Positions 13,931-27,942 of a stretch of 64,000 bases of DNA are shown piece by piece. The stretch lies in assembly GCA_964016885.1 (NCBI GenBank), contig OZ024755.1:19220001-19284000 (forward strand). The letters run 5' to 3'. The notes beneath the pieces were generated by a model. It saw only the letters and a program-made list of their open reading frames with translations. It ran no database searches and was not told where the DNA came from. This DNA is from Eledone cirrhosa (Eukaryota). The translations under genes and the position numbers were made by a program. How positions within the stretch are numbered: the first letter of the stretch is position 1; the number at the start of each line of letters is the position of its first letter.

Positions 13931-15081
13931 CAGAAGGATGAAAGGTAAAGTTGACCTTAGCAAGATTTCAACTCAGAGAACCAGAACAAATACTGCAATA
14001 CATTTAGAGTCCACACTGTAATGTGGTCGTGTAGGAGACATGGTAAAAAGGTTCCCAGTTCACACTGTAAATGTGGTTGGTGTTAGGAAGAACATCCAGC
14101 TGTAGAAAACCTGCTAGATACAGTCCTATACGAGTGAGACATGGTCACCCAATCAATCCTGCCTCAAGTGGGACAATTCTCGTCTAACCCATGCTAGCGT
14201 GGAAGATAGATGTTAAATGATGATGATGATTCTATCTGATGTTCTAAATACTTCGCCAATTTGTTGCTGCCTTACACTACCAATATATGGAGTCAATGGA
14301 AAGTAAGCGGGAGTAACTAGAAACAGGACGGGGAGGTGGCATGGCAGTTTATGTGAACCTAAAATACAGAAACCATGTAAAATTTATGGAAAATATTTAT
14401 TGTATAAAGTCAGAGGTTTATTTTCAAATTGAAACAGTTTTACTTTATTATGGCTTCAAGCTTTCATACCTGAGACATAATTGTTTCAATGTCAGCTTCA
14501 TTGGTAAGTCCTTTTCCAAAAGGTCAGGAGACCTAATGTTTGTGATTTACAGTACACTCTGTAAAGTGGCTGGTGATAGGAAGGGTATCGAGCTGTAAAA
14601 AAATTGCCAAACAAAAAGTCAGGAAGACTCTTCAGTTAACTTCCCTACTATTAGGCATTTACACAAATACACACAGCAAAGTGGTTGAGGCTAGGAAAGG
14701 TATCCATCTGTAGGAAACTTGCCAAACAAAGGGTTAGGATAACTTTTCAGCTGTGTCAAAGACATGACAACCTCCATAGTGATGGTGTCATGAAAAAAAA
14801 ATGCAGTTAGAAGAGCGTGGGATCATATGTAAATGAGCTACAGGCTGCTTGCCTATTTAAGCACTCGGTAGGGTGCTGAAATGTAAGTGAGATGCAGCTT
14901 CCTGGCCCACCATGGGGTCTGATACTAACCCAGTCTACTGACAACCCATCCAACCCTAGCTAGCAGACAAAGCAGACATATGATGATGATGATGATGATA
15001 CGTACACATATACATGAGAAAGAGTGTTTATGTTATTGTCATTCAGTAAACATATTCAGAAATTACCTCAGTATGTTCAGC

Positions 15082-15519
15082 TTAACCCTTTAGCATTTAC
15101 ATTACTTTATATATATACTGGGTGGTGGATTGGCAGTATCGGTAGAAGCGCCGGACGCCATGCTTTGACGCATAGAGTAACGGCCCTTGCCATTCTGAGT
15201 TCAAATCCTGCCAAGGTTAACTTTGCCTTTCATCCTTACGGGGTCGATAAAATAAAGTACCAGTAATGTACTGGGTAATTACTGGCCTTGTGCCAAAAGT
15301 AGAAACAATTACTTTATATATATACTATTGTATTTTCACTGTAAAGGTTTTATCTTACATAATCATCTCACATAATAACGAATCTATGAGATTTTGATAT
15401 TATATATTTTGAGAACAATACCTTAACAGCAGTGTGAGTGGCCAGTTACAGCCAGTTTGAACTGAAAGAGATGAGAAAATTCTGGCCGGATGCAGCTAGT
15501 TAAAATGCTAACGGGTTAA
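15082..15519. mobile_element. piggyBac-type MITE interrupted by a SINE
   Basis: TTAA-CCCTTTAGCATTT...AAATGCTAACGGG-TTAA. The SINE at 15120-15310 is flanked by duplicated ATTACTTTATATATATACT. Confidence 0.75.
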
Positions 15520-16556
15520 ACAACACAACCAACAACAATATAACTAAAAGCAGAAATAAAATATTGTAACAGTATTCTATGGCTGAGTTAAATTAAATTC
15601 TTAACCTAGATAATCTCAAATTCTACTATAGTATTTAATCACTAATATGGTTTCTGATTTAGGCACAAGGCCTACAATTTTGGTGGGAGAGAGAAGTCGA
15701 CTAACTCTTTAGCATTTACATTACTCTATATACTATTGTATTTTCATGGTAAAGGCTTTACCTTACATAATATCTCACATAATATTGAATTTACGAGATT
15801 TTGATATTATTTATTTTGAGAACACTACCTTAAATTTAAGGGGCCAATTACAGCTGGTTATGACTGGTTTGAACAGACAGAAAGAGGTGAGAGAATTCTG
15901 GTCAGATATGGCTGGTTTAAATGCAAACGAGTTAAATCATCCCCAGTGCATTACTGGTACTTTATTTTATCAAGCCCCGTAAGGAAAGGTAAAGCTCTCC
16001 TTGGCGGGATCTGAACTCAGAATGTAAAGGACAGTAACTTTATGCTGCAAAGCATGTTGTCAGAGGCTCTACTTAAACCCCAAAACAGCAACATTTTCAT
16101 AATCTTTTAGTGTTTTCTAATTTCAAGTTTATAAATCTTCAGTTAATATGAAATAATATCTCCATGACTGTTTAATAAGCCACGTAATAAATGTTGATTA
16201 TTGTTGTCCACAGATTTAAAATCTATTTCAACAAACAACACTATAAGAAACTTCTAAGGACTCACTAAATCTCAAAATCTGTTAGATATATTAACCGAAT
16301 ATTCCTTTAAAATGTCTCCCCAGCCATTTGTTTGTTAAAATGAGACCAAGTTTCAGATTTTAGATTTAATTCATTACAACGTCATTACATCACTCGGGTG
16401 CTCAGTATGCCTGGGTCTTGCTGGGAAAGCATTGGTAAGGGTTGGGGCATAGATATTGTACTGTTGAACGATGGGAACTTTTTTTTACCATCTTTAAGGG
16501 TCTTCAGACCGTTTTATATTTATTTTATAGCATCTCCATGCATGATCACATCATTC

Positions 16557-16605
<49 letters not shown>

Positions 16606-16757
16606 ATTAAAATAACAGATTAAAGTTTAAGCAAAGAATCGTTGCTTTCACCCTTCATAGGATCTTCTGAAACTAAAAAAAAAAGCAATCTGTGAGCGCA
16701 GAATTAAATATTTCGAAAAACGTTACACTATATATATATATACACACACTATATATA

Positions 16758-16790
<33 letters not shown>

Positions 16791-16839
16791 GCGTCATAAT
16801 GTAATGCAGACAGCAGACACATATAAGAGCGCAACGTTA

Positions 16840-17058
16840 TATCTATGTATCTATCTAAAAAGAAAGATGAAGAATTATAGAGAGGGATCACTAAATCGCC
16901 TAATGCAGTCCCTAGGGCATCGAAAATTTGAAATATGTTTTGCTCAAAACACTCACAGGACCATAAGTATTACATGTGTAAAGTTTGAAAACAATCAGTT
17001 GGGTGGTTCTCGAGTTTTAGGAAGTCAGACAGACATTCTGTTTTAGATATATAGATTA
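16840..17058 (+). mobile_element. Helitron/Helentron-like non-autonomous element end
   Basis: AAGTTTGAAAACAATCAGTTGGGTGGTTCTCGAG...CAGACAGACATT...ATATAGAT resembles a common invertebrate non-autonomous rolling-circle terminus. Recognised by resemblance only. Confidence 0.35.
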
Positions 17059-17263
17059 TATTACACAGCCCGGAAAATTTTTTTTCTTTGAGCTATTTAA
17101 TTGTAAGAGACTATTTTGAGTTTCTAACTCTCTCTTTCTATATATATATATATATATGTATGTGCACAGAGAGGGAAAGAGATGTGTATGTGTGTATATA
17201 TATATATATTTCTTCATTGTACTGTGTTATTTTTGTTTGCCTTTTGCATACACACACATATAT

Positions 17264-17315
<52 letters not shown>

Positions 17316-18409
17316 CACACACACACACGTGCGTGTGCGTGTGTATATATATAGAGAGAGAGGGAAATATATATATGGTGTATAACCCAGTGAAATGCTT
17401 ATCTGCAAAAATGATACTTCTTAATATTGTATGATAGTTTTGTATGAACGGAAAATAAATCTTTAATTCTTTTTAGCTAATGTATTTAAAAAAAAGAAGT
17501 ATCTAATGTAAAAAGAGATGACTGCATCTATATATGTATGTGTGAAGACACCAGAGTAGTTGAAACAAGAAGGATTTGGTTACACTACGGTTGATACTGA
17601 GACAGTTTAAAACATAAAAATATAAATAAGGAAACCAGTCAACATATTGAATTGCTATTGATTTGTATTCCAACAAAATCTGACACCACCACAGAATATA
17701 CTTTTAATGGCAACCTTTCAGCCTTGTACAATGATTGCAAATAAAAACATCAATATATTTATAATAGTCACCACTTCTAATTTTGGCAGAAAGCCAGATT
17801 TTGAAGGAGGGTGTACTCAATCACCCTTCACCCCTTCCTCCACCCTGGTACTTGACTGACACCCCAGCAGAGTTTGAACCAACAATGTACAGAGGATGTA
17901 ACTAAACACTGCAAGATAATAAATATACTTATAAATATTTAATGGCTCACAAGAGAGCCTCTATGTGGTCGCCAGATATACTAGAAATAGCAGTCAAATA
18001 TCCTTTAAATCATGTCTTGTCTTAAATAATGGGCAGATCAAATATACTTATAAATATTTAATGCTTCACAAAAGAGCTTCTATGTGGTCACCAGATCTGC
18101 TAGAAATAGCAGCCAAATCTCCCTTAAATGATGTCCTAACGTCTTAAATAACGAAAGACGCATATCTACAATGTAGTCCTAAATACACATAAGATGACAG
18201 GATGGTTGTGGATGGAATGTTTTTGATCATAAGTTTCATCAATCAAAGTTGGTGCAACATTTTAATAATGTTATTATATTTTATATGATTGTTTCGTACG
18301 AGAACCTCTACAGTGTTGCTCAAAATACAAGAAATAGCAGCCAAATCTTTTGAAGTCATATCACCTTAAAACACGAAGGACATATTGGAGAATGTCCTCA
18401 CCACCACCA

Positions 18410-18765
18410 TGGGAACAGAGTTTTCAGGCACGCTTTCCAGAGACTCCTATCAGAAGCAACCGTCTCCGATTGATCCGGTTAGGTACCCAAGCGAGACCAA
18501 CTAAGCTTACAGATGTTATCCAACCATCTTGCTCGATGTCTACACCTGGGCATCCTGCCAGTTGACTCCGTCTGTAAAAATCTGTTCAGCGATTTTTACC
18601 TTAGACATTCTAACCACATGTCTGTAGTATTGGAACTGTGATCTCTCAATCCGGAGAAGTAGAGGCTCTATCTGGAGCAACTCTCCGATCTCCAAGCTAT
18701 GCACCCTATCAAGTAATGTTACTTTAAAGACCCTTCGGGGGAACCCCATTTCGGCCACTTGTAAG
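18410..18765 (-). mobile_element. RTE-clade LINE 3' fragment
   Basis: RRVFKVTLLDRVHSLEIGELLQIEPLLLRIERSQFQYYRHVVRM resembles the post-RT region (DR.RN..IR...LRW.GHV.RM) of RTE elements. Confidence 0.65.
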
Positions 18766-20810
18766 CGTAAGCACAAACACCAAATGGAAAATAAATTTGT
18801 AAACATGAAGGGCCAAATGCCAAGGGAGATAACTTAGTTATATATAAAATATAAAAAAAACTCTGCTTATGCTTTCTACAAGGGAAAAAGCAAAACATCA
18901 GAATCAACTATAATAAATATTAGACTACCACAATTGCTAGCAAACTTGTTGACTGTGAAGTGGACACAGTTTTTTTATGTCTCAATAGTACATTCTAATT
19001 TTGGCATGGTTTCTACAGCTGAATGTCCTCCCTAACAGTAACCACTTACCAGAGTATACTGGGTGTATTTTATCATGGAACCAGCAATAGAAAGGTTGGC
19101 ATGTCCTCAATAAAATTAAAGAACCCTCTCTATATCTATATTGTCTCTAATTGATTGCCAACCCTTTTTTAGAGTGCACTGGGTGCATTTTATGCCACCA
19201 GCATGACATAAGATTCCTCTCCTCTCTCAATAATTTTTGTTCTTTCAAGATAAATGTGCCTTAGAGTAGTAAATATAATTATCTTATCTATATTTTCCAA
19301 GTAAACCCCAATGATGAAATGAATTCCCAAGATCTTAAGTTAAAAACAATCAATTTAGTATTTTTACTGACGATTCCTTAGTTATTGACAAAAAAATCAC
19401 GAGACCAGAGTCAATGAAGGGTTATTTTAATTTTATTTTTAATCTTTCGAACAAGGGCTCTGTTGAGATAAAACAGGGACCCCCCCCTTTTGATCCTCAT
19501 GTTCCAATATCAAAACCAATGTTTAATGGCAAACCAGAATTGATTTTAGCAAAAAAGCTATATACAATTAACATTTAAAATCTAAAAAGTCAGGCAGAGA
19601 AGCACAAATAGTAAAAAAAAAACAAAAAAAAAACTGATAATTTTCTACCATGTTTTGTAAAGAGTCTAATTCATTGACACATTTGCAAGTTTATCCCTTT
19701 AGCATTTAAACCGGCCATATCTGGCCAGAATTCTCTTACCTCTTTTTGTTCAAACTGACTGTAATTAGCCACTTATAGTGATGTTAATGTATAGTTCTCA
19801 AAATAAATAATATCAAAATCTCATCGATTCGATATTATGGGAGATAATTACGTGAAGTAAAGCCTTTACCGTGAAAAAACAATAGTAAATATAGAGTAAC
19901 GTAAATACAAAAGGGTTATAAAAATAATTGTTTCTACTTTTGGCACAAGGCCAGCAATTACCTAGTGCATTACTGGTACTTTATTTTATCAACCCCGTAA
20001 GGATGAAAGGCAAAGTTAATCTCGGCGGATTATAAAAATAATATAATATATATACATTATGTGAAAGGAAAAAAAATTATGGAAAAAAAAATTAGAAAGA
20101 AGAAATTACAACATATATATATTTTTTTTATTACAAAGTTATACTCTTTCTACGATGATAAACAATCCTTATGCAATATCAGAATCTCATAAGAATGTGT
20201 TGTTTTTTTCTTCTGTTTAGTCATGGAGGGATGGGCAGTGCCCGTTGCCTTTTCAGGGCATTTGAAGTTAGTAGGAGGGGATGGAGGGCGGAAGGAAAAT
20301 CGTCTGAAACTGGAGACCTGGCTTGAATGCTTGCGACAGTGTAGGCACTGCTAAAGACATCCAAGGTCCCAGATAATGTTAGAAGTGGATGGCAGTTAAA
20401 TCTGGATCAATGTTCTGAATGACAAAAAGACATTACAAGCAATTTTGAACATGATAATATATATATATATATATAAAAACAAACATTTTTATCTAATTAA
20501 AAAAAAATAATAATAATAAAGCCTCTACGAATAAAATAAACATTATAAAAATAAAAGGAAATTAAAAAATATTTTAAAAGATTTTTTTTTCTAATTTCTA
20601 ATTACCGGAGGCTTCGTTAAACTGTAATGTAATACCATTGAAACATTTAACCAAATGAATATTACGGTAAAAATGAGTTGAAATTATGACTTGATGTAAA
20701 AAGATGAGAAATATAAATCAAAGTAGTAGATGAGTACAAAAGATGAAAAATTCTTGAATCAAGAATGATTAAAGAAATAACAGAAAATGTATTAGTAGTT
20801 AACACACTCA

Positions 20811-20843
<33 letters not shown>

Positions 20844-21133
20844 TGTATCCATTGTGATACTGTCTCTATTTTGTACTTCTGAAGAAGGGCTAAAGCCTGA
20901 CATGCCAAACTTTCTTTCTTCTTTCCAATATAAAGCATGAAACTAATAAGACTTTTTGTACCCCTGTTTGTTGTCTCCTTGAACTATATACATATATATA
21001 TATGTAAAGTTCTATTTAAATTGTTGGGATACAACAAGCAAATATTTTTGTAACTGATATAAAGCACTCAACAAATATTTGGAGTAAAAATACGATATCA
21101 ACAAATGGAAACTATATTTATAAAACCATATTT

Positions 21134-21196
21134 ATTTCATTATACATATTTCAAGGACACCAAGTTAAATTATGGTGTGCTTTCATCAGATAAAAT
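21134..21196 (-). ncRNA. Minimal type-I hammerhead ribozyme (left arm)
   Basis: Reverse complement of 21287-21349. Confidence 0.6.
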
Positions 21197-21286
21197 ATAA
21201 TATAGATCAGTCGGGAGCTTCCAACAGTAATGGTTGCATTTTTTAAGGGTATGTCAATATTTATTTATAAAACTGATCTATATTAT

Positions 21287-21349
21287 ATTTTATCTGATGA
21301 AAGCACACCATAATTTAACTTGGTGTCCTTGAAATATGTATAATGAAAT
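21287..21349 (+). ncRNA. Minimal type-I hammerhead ribozyme (right arm)
   Basis: ATTTTAT-CTGATGA-AAGCACACCA...TGGTGTCCTT-GAAA-TATGTA-TA-ATGAAAT. Confidence 0.6.
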
Positions 21350-21949
21350 AAATATGGTTTTATAAATATAGTTTCCATTTGTTAATATCGTATATATATA
21401 TATGTGTGTGTGTGCGTCTGTGTGTATATATATATATATATGAATGTATGCATGTGTGTGTTTATATATATGTATATATATGTCTGTACATAGTGACATA
21501 CAGATTAATTTCCTCAGCTGTCTTACTATAACCAAATATTTGACAGTAACTGTAACACTGTGTCACAAATAACCTAATTTTTTTTACTGAATTTATTAAT
21601 GACACATTCCAAAATGTTAAGCCAAATAAAATAAACTAAATGGATGAGAATATATATTTCAATTTATTAACATAACTTTATACATTATCTATAGAACTGT
21701 ATATGTATTAACTCAATAAGGGCCGAAACACTCACTTGAGCAGGGGTTTCTTCGCTAAAGATCTGCTGTCCAGCTCTTCTGAGTTTCTTACCACTAACGA
21801 CTCAACTTTATATACACTATATATATATATTAACTCAATCTTATACATTATCTATGGTGCAGTATATATATTGACTCAACTATATACACTATCTATGTAG
21901 GTAGGTAGAGGTGTAGGTAGGTGTGTGTGTGTGTAGGTGTGTAGGTGTG

Positions 21950-21993
<44 letters not shown>

Positions 21994-22085
21994 TGCGTGT
22001 GTGTGTATATATAAATTCAATTGTATACATTATCTATAGGCTCTATATATATATATTAAATTAACTTTATACACTATCTATAGAG

Positions 22086-22124
<39 letters not shown>

Positions 22125-22419
22125 CAAGGTATACTATACATACACCTTTGACGAGTTGTAGTGCACCTGAGCACTTAAAAAAATAATTTCATTATTATTA
22201 TTATTATATATATTAACCTTATACACTATCTATAGAGCTATATATATATATATATATATATATAAACTTTATACATTATCTATAGACTGACCATCTTTCT
22301 AGTCATTAATAAGTTTGAATCTGATGGAACTGTACATAATATAAACACAAACCACTCTGGAAGAAGGCTCTAATGGTGGTGTTGTATGGATGGTTGTCTT
22401 AGAAATAACTAATGCACAG

Positions 22420-22575
22420 CAGAGATGCTATAAAAAAAAGGGTGAAGGCCCTTAAAAGACGGAAAAAGAAGTTGCCTTCAGCTGCTGTGAGGGATTCAAC
22501 TCGATATCTTCCAGATATCGGCAACTTCTTTTTCTGCCTTTTAAGGGTATTCACCCTATTTCATAGCATCTCCCC
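22420..22575. repeat. Imperfect inverted repeat element
   Basis: GAGATGCTAT...GGGTGAA...CTTAAAAG...AAAAAGAAGTTGCC and its inverse. One-arm relative at 16460-16555. Confidence 0.6.
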
Positions 22576-22747
22576 ACATCAGTACATCATCCTTTACAGT
22601 ATCACTCTACAGTGAAACTTGTTTACCACCCAGGAATAACGACTCACATTTTATACTTGCCCTCTAAGTTGACCCCTAGTTTTGGAGGGATTTTTTTAGG
22701 CTTAACAAGTCGGCTTGTCCATTACAATTTATGATGTACACACATAC

Positions 22748-22779
<32 letters not shown>

Positions 22780-23071
22780 CATCATCATATATATATATAT
22801 ATCATCATCATCACCGTTTTACGTCCGTTCTTCCACGCTAGCATGGGTTAGACGGGTTGTCCTGTTGTGGGCAGTGTCCGGTCGGCTGACCATGCCTTGC
22901 TCATACGGGAACTGATTCTGGCTTGATTTCTACAGCTGGATGCCCTTCCTAACACCCTAACAACATATATATATATATATACATATTTCATCATCATCGT
23001 TTAATGTCCAATTGCCACGCTATATATATACACACACACACACACAATATATATATATATATATAGAGTAT

Positions 23072-23211
23072 AAGAATAAATAAAACACTATTTATCACTT
23101 GGATAAAACAAAAGCTAACAAAATATTTATAATTTGAATCACATTCAAATTATAAACATCTTATTACTATACTTTTGGACCCAAGTGATAAACAATGTTT
23201 TATTATTTCTT
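23072..23211. repeat. Imperfect inverted repeat element between TA tracts
   Basis: AATAAATAAAACA...TTTATCACTTGG / CCAAGTGATAAA...TGTTTTATTTATT, with central hairpin TTTATAATTTGAAT/ATTCAAATTATAAA. Confidence 0.6.
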
Positions 23212-23609
23212 CTGACAATTATACTTTATACATATATGTATATATATGGGTGTGTGGTTATGTATGTATGTAAGCTTGTGTATATGTAGGTATATAAACT
23301 GTGTAAACGGTGCACAAACACCAACATAAAAATGTAAATGAAATGGAATAAAATAAAAAGAATTGTAGATTTTTTCACTGACCGTCTACGAATGTATAAA
23401 TTCTATGAATTGACTTTACCTACCTGCCAACAAGAAATACTCAGTTATTGATTTCACTCTCACATCACAGAATACATACTCACACAAACATATGTGTGTG
23501 CATATATATATACATAAATACACTCATGTATGTATATATACATACATACATACATACACCCGTCTAACCCATGCTAGCATGGAAGATCGACGTTAAACGA
23601 TGATGATAC

Positions 23610-23660
<51 letters not shown>

Positions 23661-23674
23661 TGTGTGTGTGTGTA

Positions 23675-23712
<38 letters not shown>

Positions 23713-23751
23713 GTTTAACTTCTATTTTCCAAGCTAGCATGGTTTAGACGA

Positions 23752-23799
<48 letters not shown>

Positions 23800-23931
23800 C
23801 GGAGGAAATGTGGTAAGGAACCAGGTGGACCATAACGCACCAAAGTACTCAATACTTAGGGTAGTAGAGTGGGTAATAGGAACGAGTAGGACCCCGACGG
23901 CTGAGCTCAAGCCGTCGGGGTCCTACACGTT

Positions 23932-24011
<80 letters not shown>

Positions 24012-24352
24012 GTCTTTAAATTGGTGGAAGAAATATGGTTGGTACTGAAATATGGAAGGGATGAATCAATCGTTTTTCAGGTGTTCTACAAGCTTTCAAT
24101 GAATAAAAAATATGTAAAAAGTTATAATAAAAAGGAAAAGGAATAGATAAGAACTTGTAGAAATTAGTCTTTCCCACAAGATACATGATTGCTTTAGTAA
24201 GTAAGTGGACTATGAAACTCTAATGATGTATCGCAAAAATATTGCTGAATGAGGTCTGTTTGTATAGATTATAGATTTAGATATGCATATCAATATACAT
24301 ATATAAAGAATATACACACTCACACACATATGAAGTCATACACACAATGTAT

Positions 24353-24393
<41 letters not shown>

Positions 24394-24602
24394 CACACAC
24401 ATATCTATATATATATATACACGCACACACATATCTATATATACATATATATATACACATACATACACATACAAGAAGGGCTACTGAAGTAGAGTATGTA
24501 TGAGGTGCAGAACTGCACAATTGCACCTTCAATTCCCCCATAAAAATACATAATCTACTTAAGTTTTGAGCTCTCTTTCTTATATAGATAGCTATTAATA
24601 CT

Positions 24603-24642
<40 letters not shown>

Positions 24643-24834
24643 TATATGTCAGTGTGTATTTATACATATATATATATATATGTCAGTGTGTATTTATACA
24701 TATATGTAAATATTATATATATATATATATATATACATACATGTTAGTGTGTATTTATACATATATGTATATATTATATATATATATATATATGTATATA
24801 TATACAATATATACATATATATAATATATATACA

Positions 24835-24871
<37 letters not shown>

Positions 24872-25197
24872 TATACATATAAATGTGTGTGTATATCTAT
24901 ACATATATGTATAAATACACTTATGTCTGTGCATTTACATACACGTATACATATATTTTGTTTATGAATCATATACACTCTTACAAACACTCACACACTC
25001 ACATATGCATATACACACAGACTGATATACATTCGTTTGTGTATGTAAAAATAAGTAGAAATACATACACACATACATACATACACATGTAAGTTATGAT
25101 ATTGGTGTAACGTCTCTCTCTCTCTCTATGAAGTATCTGTATTCAGATGTAAGTCCCTAACTAGTATCATACTAGTTTATTGTAAGAGTCATCAGAT

Positions 25198-25320
25198 CTA
25201 TTCATCATCAGATTTATTCATGTAACGCTGTAAATTCTTCTTAACACGCAGCATCGAGAGTCTAGCCTTGGGTTCATGGCGCCAGCATTCCTTCATTAGC
25301 TTACTCATCTGGTTGAGAAT
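25198..25320 (-). CDS. ACVR1: Activin/BMP type I receptor (ALK1/2, sax-like), terminal coding exon
   Basis: Acceptor ttgcag at 25321-25322. Reads ILNQMSKLMKECWRHEPKARLSMLRVKKNLQRYMNKSDDE* (kinase subdomain XI, ECW...RL...RVKK motif). 123 nt, phase 0, TAG at 25198-25200. Confidence 0.93.
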   Translation of the reverse strand: MLNQMSKLMKECWRHEPKARLSMLRVKKNLQRYMNKSDDE

Positions 25321-25354
25321 CTGCAATGAAATTATTTATATATTATTGATGCAT

Positions 25355-25962
25355 TAACAGTGTTTATCGACAGTGTACATCAACAGTGCTTAACAGTTTT
25401 AACAGTGTCTACCGACAGTGTTTAACAAGTTTCTATCAACAGCATCTAACAACAGCGTCTATCAACAGTCTAACAACAGCGTCTATCAACAGTGTCTAAC
25501 AACAGTGTGTGTCAACAGTGTCTATCAAGTGTCTATCAACAGTCTAACAACAGTGTCTATCAACAGCATCTATCAGTGTGTCAACAGTGTCTATCAACAG
25601 TGTCTATCAACAGTGTCTAACAACAGTGTCTATCAGCAGTGTCTATCAACAGTGTCTATCAACAGCGTCTATCAACAGCGTCTAACAACAGTGTCTAACA
25701 ACAGTGTCTAACAACAGTGTCTAACAACAGTGTCTAACAACAGTGTCTATCAACAGCGTCTAACAACAGTGTGTGTCAACAGTGTCTAACAACAGTGTGT
25801 GTCAACAGTGTCTAACAACAGTGTCTAACAACAGTGTCTATCAACAGTGTCTATCAACAGTGTCTATCAACAGTGTCTATCAACAGTGTCTATCAACAGT
25901 GTCTAACAACAGTGTCTAACAACAGTGTGTGTCAACAGTGTGTGTCAACAGTGTCTAACAAC
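25355..25962. repeat. 13-bp minisatellite in the last receptor intron
   Basis: AACAGTGTCTA(T/A)C units, starting about 35 nt from the acceptor of the terminal exon. Confidence 0.9.
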
Positions 25963-26291
25963 ATCATCATCATCAACGTTTAACGTCCGTGTTCCACGCT
26001 TGCATGGGTTTGGACGGGGGTAGTCCCACTTGAGGCAAGAGTGATTTTCTTGCTCGCATAGGACTGTCTGGCAGGTTTTCTACAGTTGGATGCCCTTCCT
26101 AACACCAACCACATTTACAGTGTGGGGCTGGGAGGTTTTTACCGTGTTGCCTACACGGCCTGTAGTGTCGAACAACAGTGCGTGTCAACAGTGTTTAATT
26201 ACAATGCTATAATCGTCTCAAGGCATCAGACGGCTCAAGAAAAAGAAGAAGCAGCAGCAGAAGCAGTAGAATGAAGTTATATCATACTTAC

Positions 26292-26422
26292 AAGATCAGT
26301 AGTCCATCTATTTGGAATTATGGGTCGTTGCTGATCGACAGAGACTACTTTTCTCATATCTTCAAAACTGGGATCACTTGGAACAACATCCCAAAATGGT
26401 GGCTTGTATTCCTCAGAAATCC
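26292..26422 (-). CDS. ACVR1: ALK1/2-like receptor exon, kinase subdomain X
   Basis: cag/gtaagt boundaries, 131 nt, phase 1 to 0. Reads (G)[43 protein letters not shown], the typical type I receptor [20 protein letters not shown] motif. Confidence 0.95.
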
Positions 26423-26588
26423 CTGCACAAGAAACAAAAGGGTCAATAATTTATCAATGTTATTGATCTGAATGACTGAATAAATATTTCATTATACTAT
26501 ATGTGTGTGCGTATACATATATATATATATATATATATATCAGTATAGTGGAGGAGTCCCCTATTATTTTTGGTAAGGTGTATTCACA

Positions 26589-26606
26589 TATATATATATA
26601 TACTGC

Positions 26607-26684
<78 letters not shown>

Positions 26685-26704
26685 AGAGAAAGAGAGAGAG
26701 AGAA

Positions 26705-26780
<76 letters not shown>
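26589..26780. repeat. (GA)n microsatellite, representative of very many (TA)n/(CA)n/(GA)n/(GAT)n tracts
   Basis: Direct inspection. Other large tracts at 17140-17360, 23610-24010, 24300-25090, 31150-31213, 44930-45370 and 46790-46980. Confidence 0.95.
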
Positions 26781-26785
<5 letters not shown>

Positions 26786-27264
26786 TTTAAAAATCAACTG
26801 AAATATCTGTGGAGTATATTTTATATGATTAGAATAAAGTGAATTAATATATAGTTTTAACTTTTATATTTCTAATTTTCCTTTTAGGCATTGCAGCATG
26901 TTAAGAAATTCACGTAATATACTTTACTTCAACCAACGTATAACTGAAATGTTAAGAACTAAGCTGAATAAACACTAACGAAGGGAGATAACCCATAAAA
27001 TAAGCTGCAGACAAATATAAACCCTTTTTTTTCTTGCTTCAATAATTATAGAAAGTAATAATTAACAGATTTATTTATTTAGTAGAAGTTAGGTTTTAAG
27101 TTATGTACAGTAAAATACATATTTATAATCCAGTATTGAAATAAATGTTTTACTCCCAACCCATAAAATTAACTGATCATCATGGATTTTATAAAACAAT
27201 TATGTTCTTTCTAAATATTTTTTTTTTTCAAATTTTTTTTATATATTAAATATATGGTTTCACC

Positions 27265-27545
27265 AGCAGACGAGAGTAAAGGACATAATTGAGACCAAGA
27301 AGAACAGACAAAGAGGGGCTGGCCACGTCTCTTGTCTCAGAGACAACAGGTCGACTATTAGAGTGATGGAGTGACTGGCCTGGTCATGGTTATGTCTCCT
27401 GCTGCAGATTGGACACCATGGCAGTGGAGAAGAACCAGAGGGTGGCCAAAAGCAAGCTGGCGCAACGATCTGACCAGATACCTTGGCCCCCACATGGCCA
27501 GAGATAGGAAGTGGTGGAGCTCAACCATGGAGGGGTTCCTGGATT
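27265..27545 (+). mobile_element. RTE-clade LINE 3' fragment
   Basis: VKDIIETKKNRQRGAGHVSCLRDNRSTIRVMEW and WTPWQWRRTRGWPKASWRNDL...ARDRKWW (R.RGRP..RW.D..A.DR..W motif). Confidence 0.7.
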
Positions 27546-27942
27546 TTGGATTTGAATATAAACCAAAAACTGAAGAATAATGGTAGAGTTCAACCCATAT
27601 TTAAAAAAAAAAAAAAAAAAAAAAAAATCTATTTTTAATCCATTTATTATCAATTTATATTTTTAATTAACTAGCTACGCACTATTTCAGAACATCTAAA
27701 ATAGACGCTTTTTCATTCGCTCGTCTTTAAACATTTTTTACTGTTTGTGTGAGTGACTGTTTTAAATAAATGAATGGACAACCTCATTTTGTAGAACTAA
27801 GGGGTATCACAAAATATGAATTCACCAAGCACCACACATTGTGATAAACAAGAGGAGGTCATCATCTAACTTATATTTAGAAGCAATCTTAAAGTAACAG
27901 AATCAGTAGAATTGAAAAAAATTATCAATGAAGATAAATTAC

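Larger units (their letters stand above)
21092..21390. mobile_element. Fold-back element with two inverted hammerheads, next to (TA)n
   Basis: Near-perfect inverted arms of about 120 bp (21092-21211 and 21272-21390) with a spacer of about 60 bp. Confidence 0.75.

Noticed and set aside
20871-20912. Hammerhead-like CTGAAGAAGGGCTAAAGCCTGACA
   Set aside because: The essential GAAA is mutated to GACA, so it is counted only as a decayed family member. Similar partial cores at 19367, 45395, 49259 and 55444 were also not called.
27866-27942. C-terminal extension of the kinase ORF (NLSSLIIFF...)
   Set aside because: Intron read-through past the donor at 27942. The kinase continues in the exons at 26422 and 25320.
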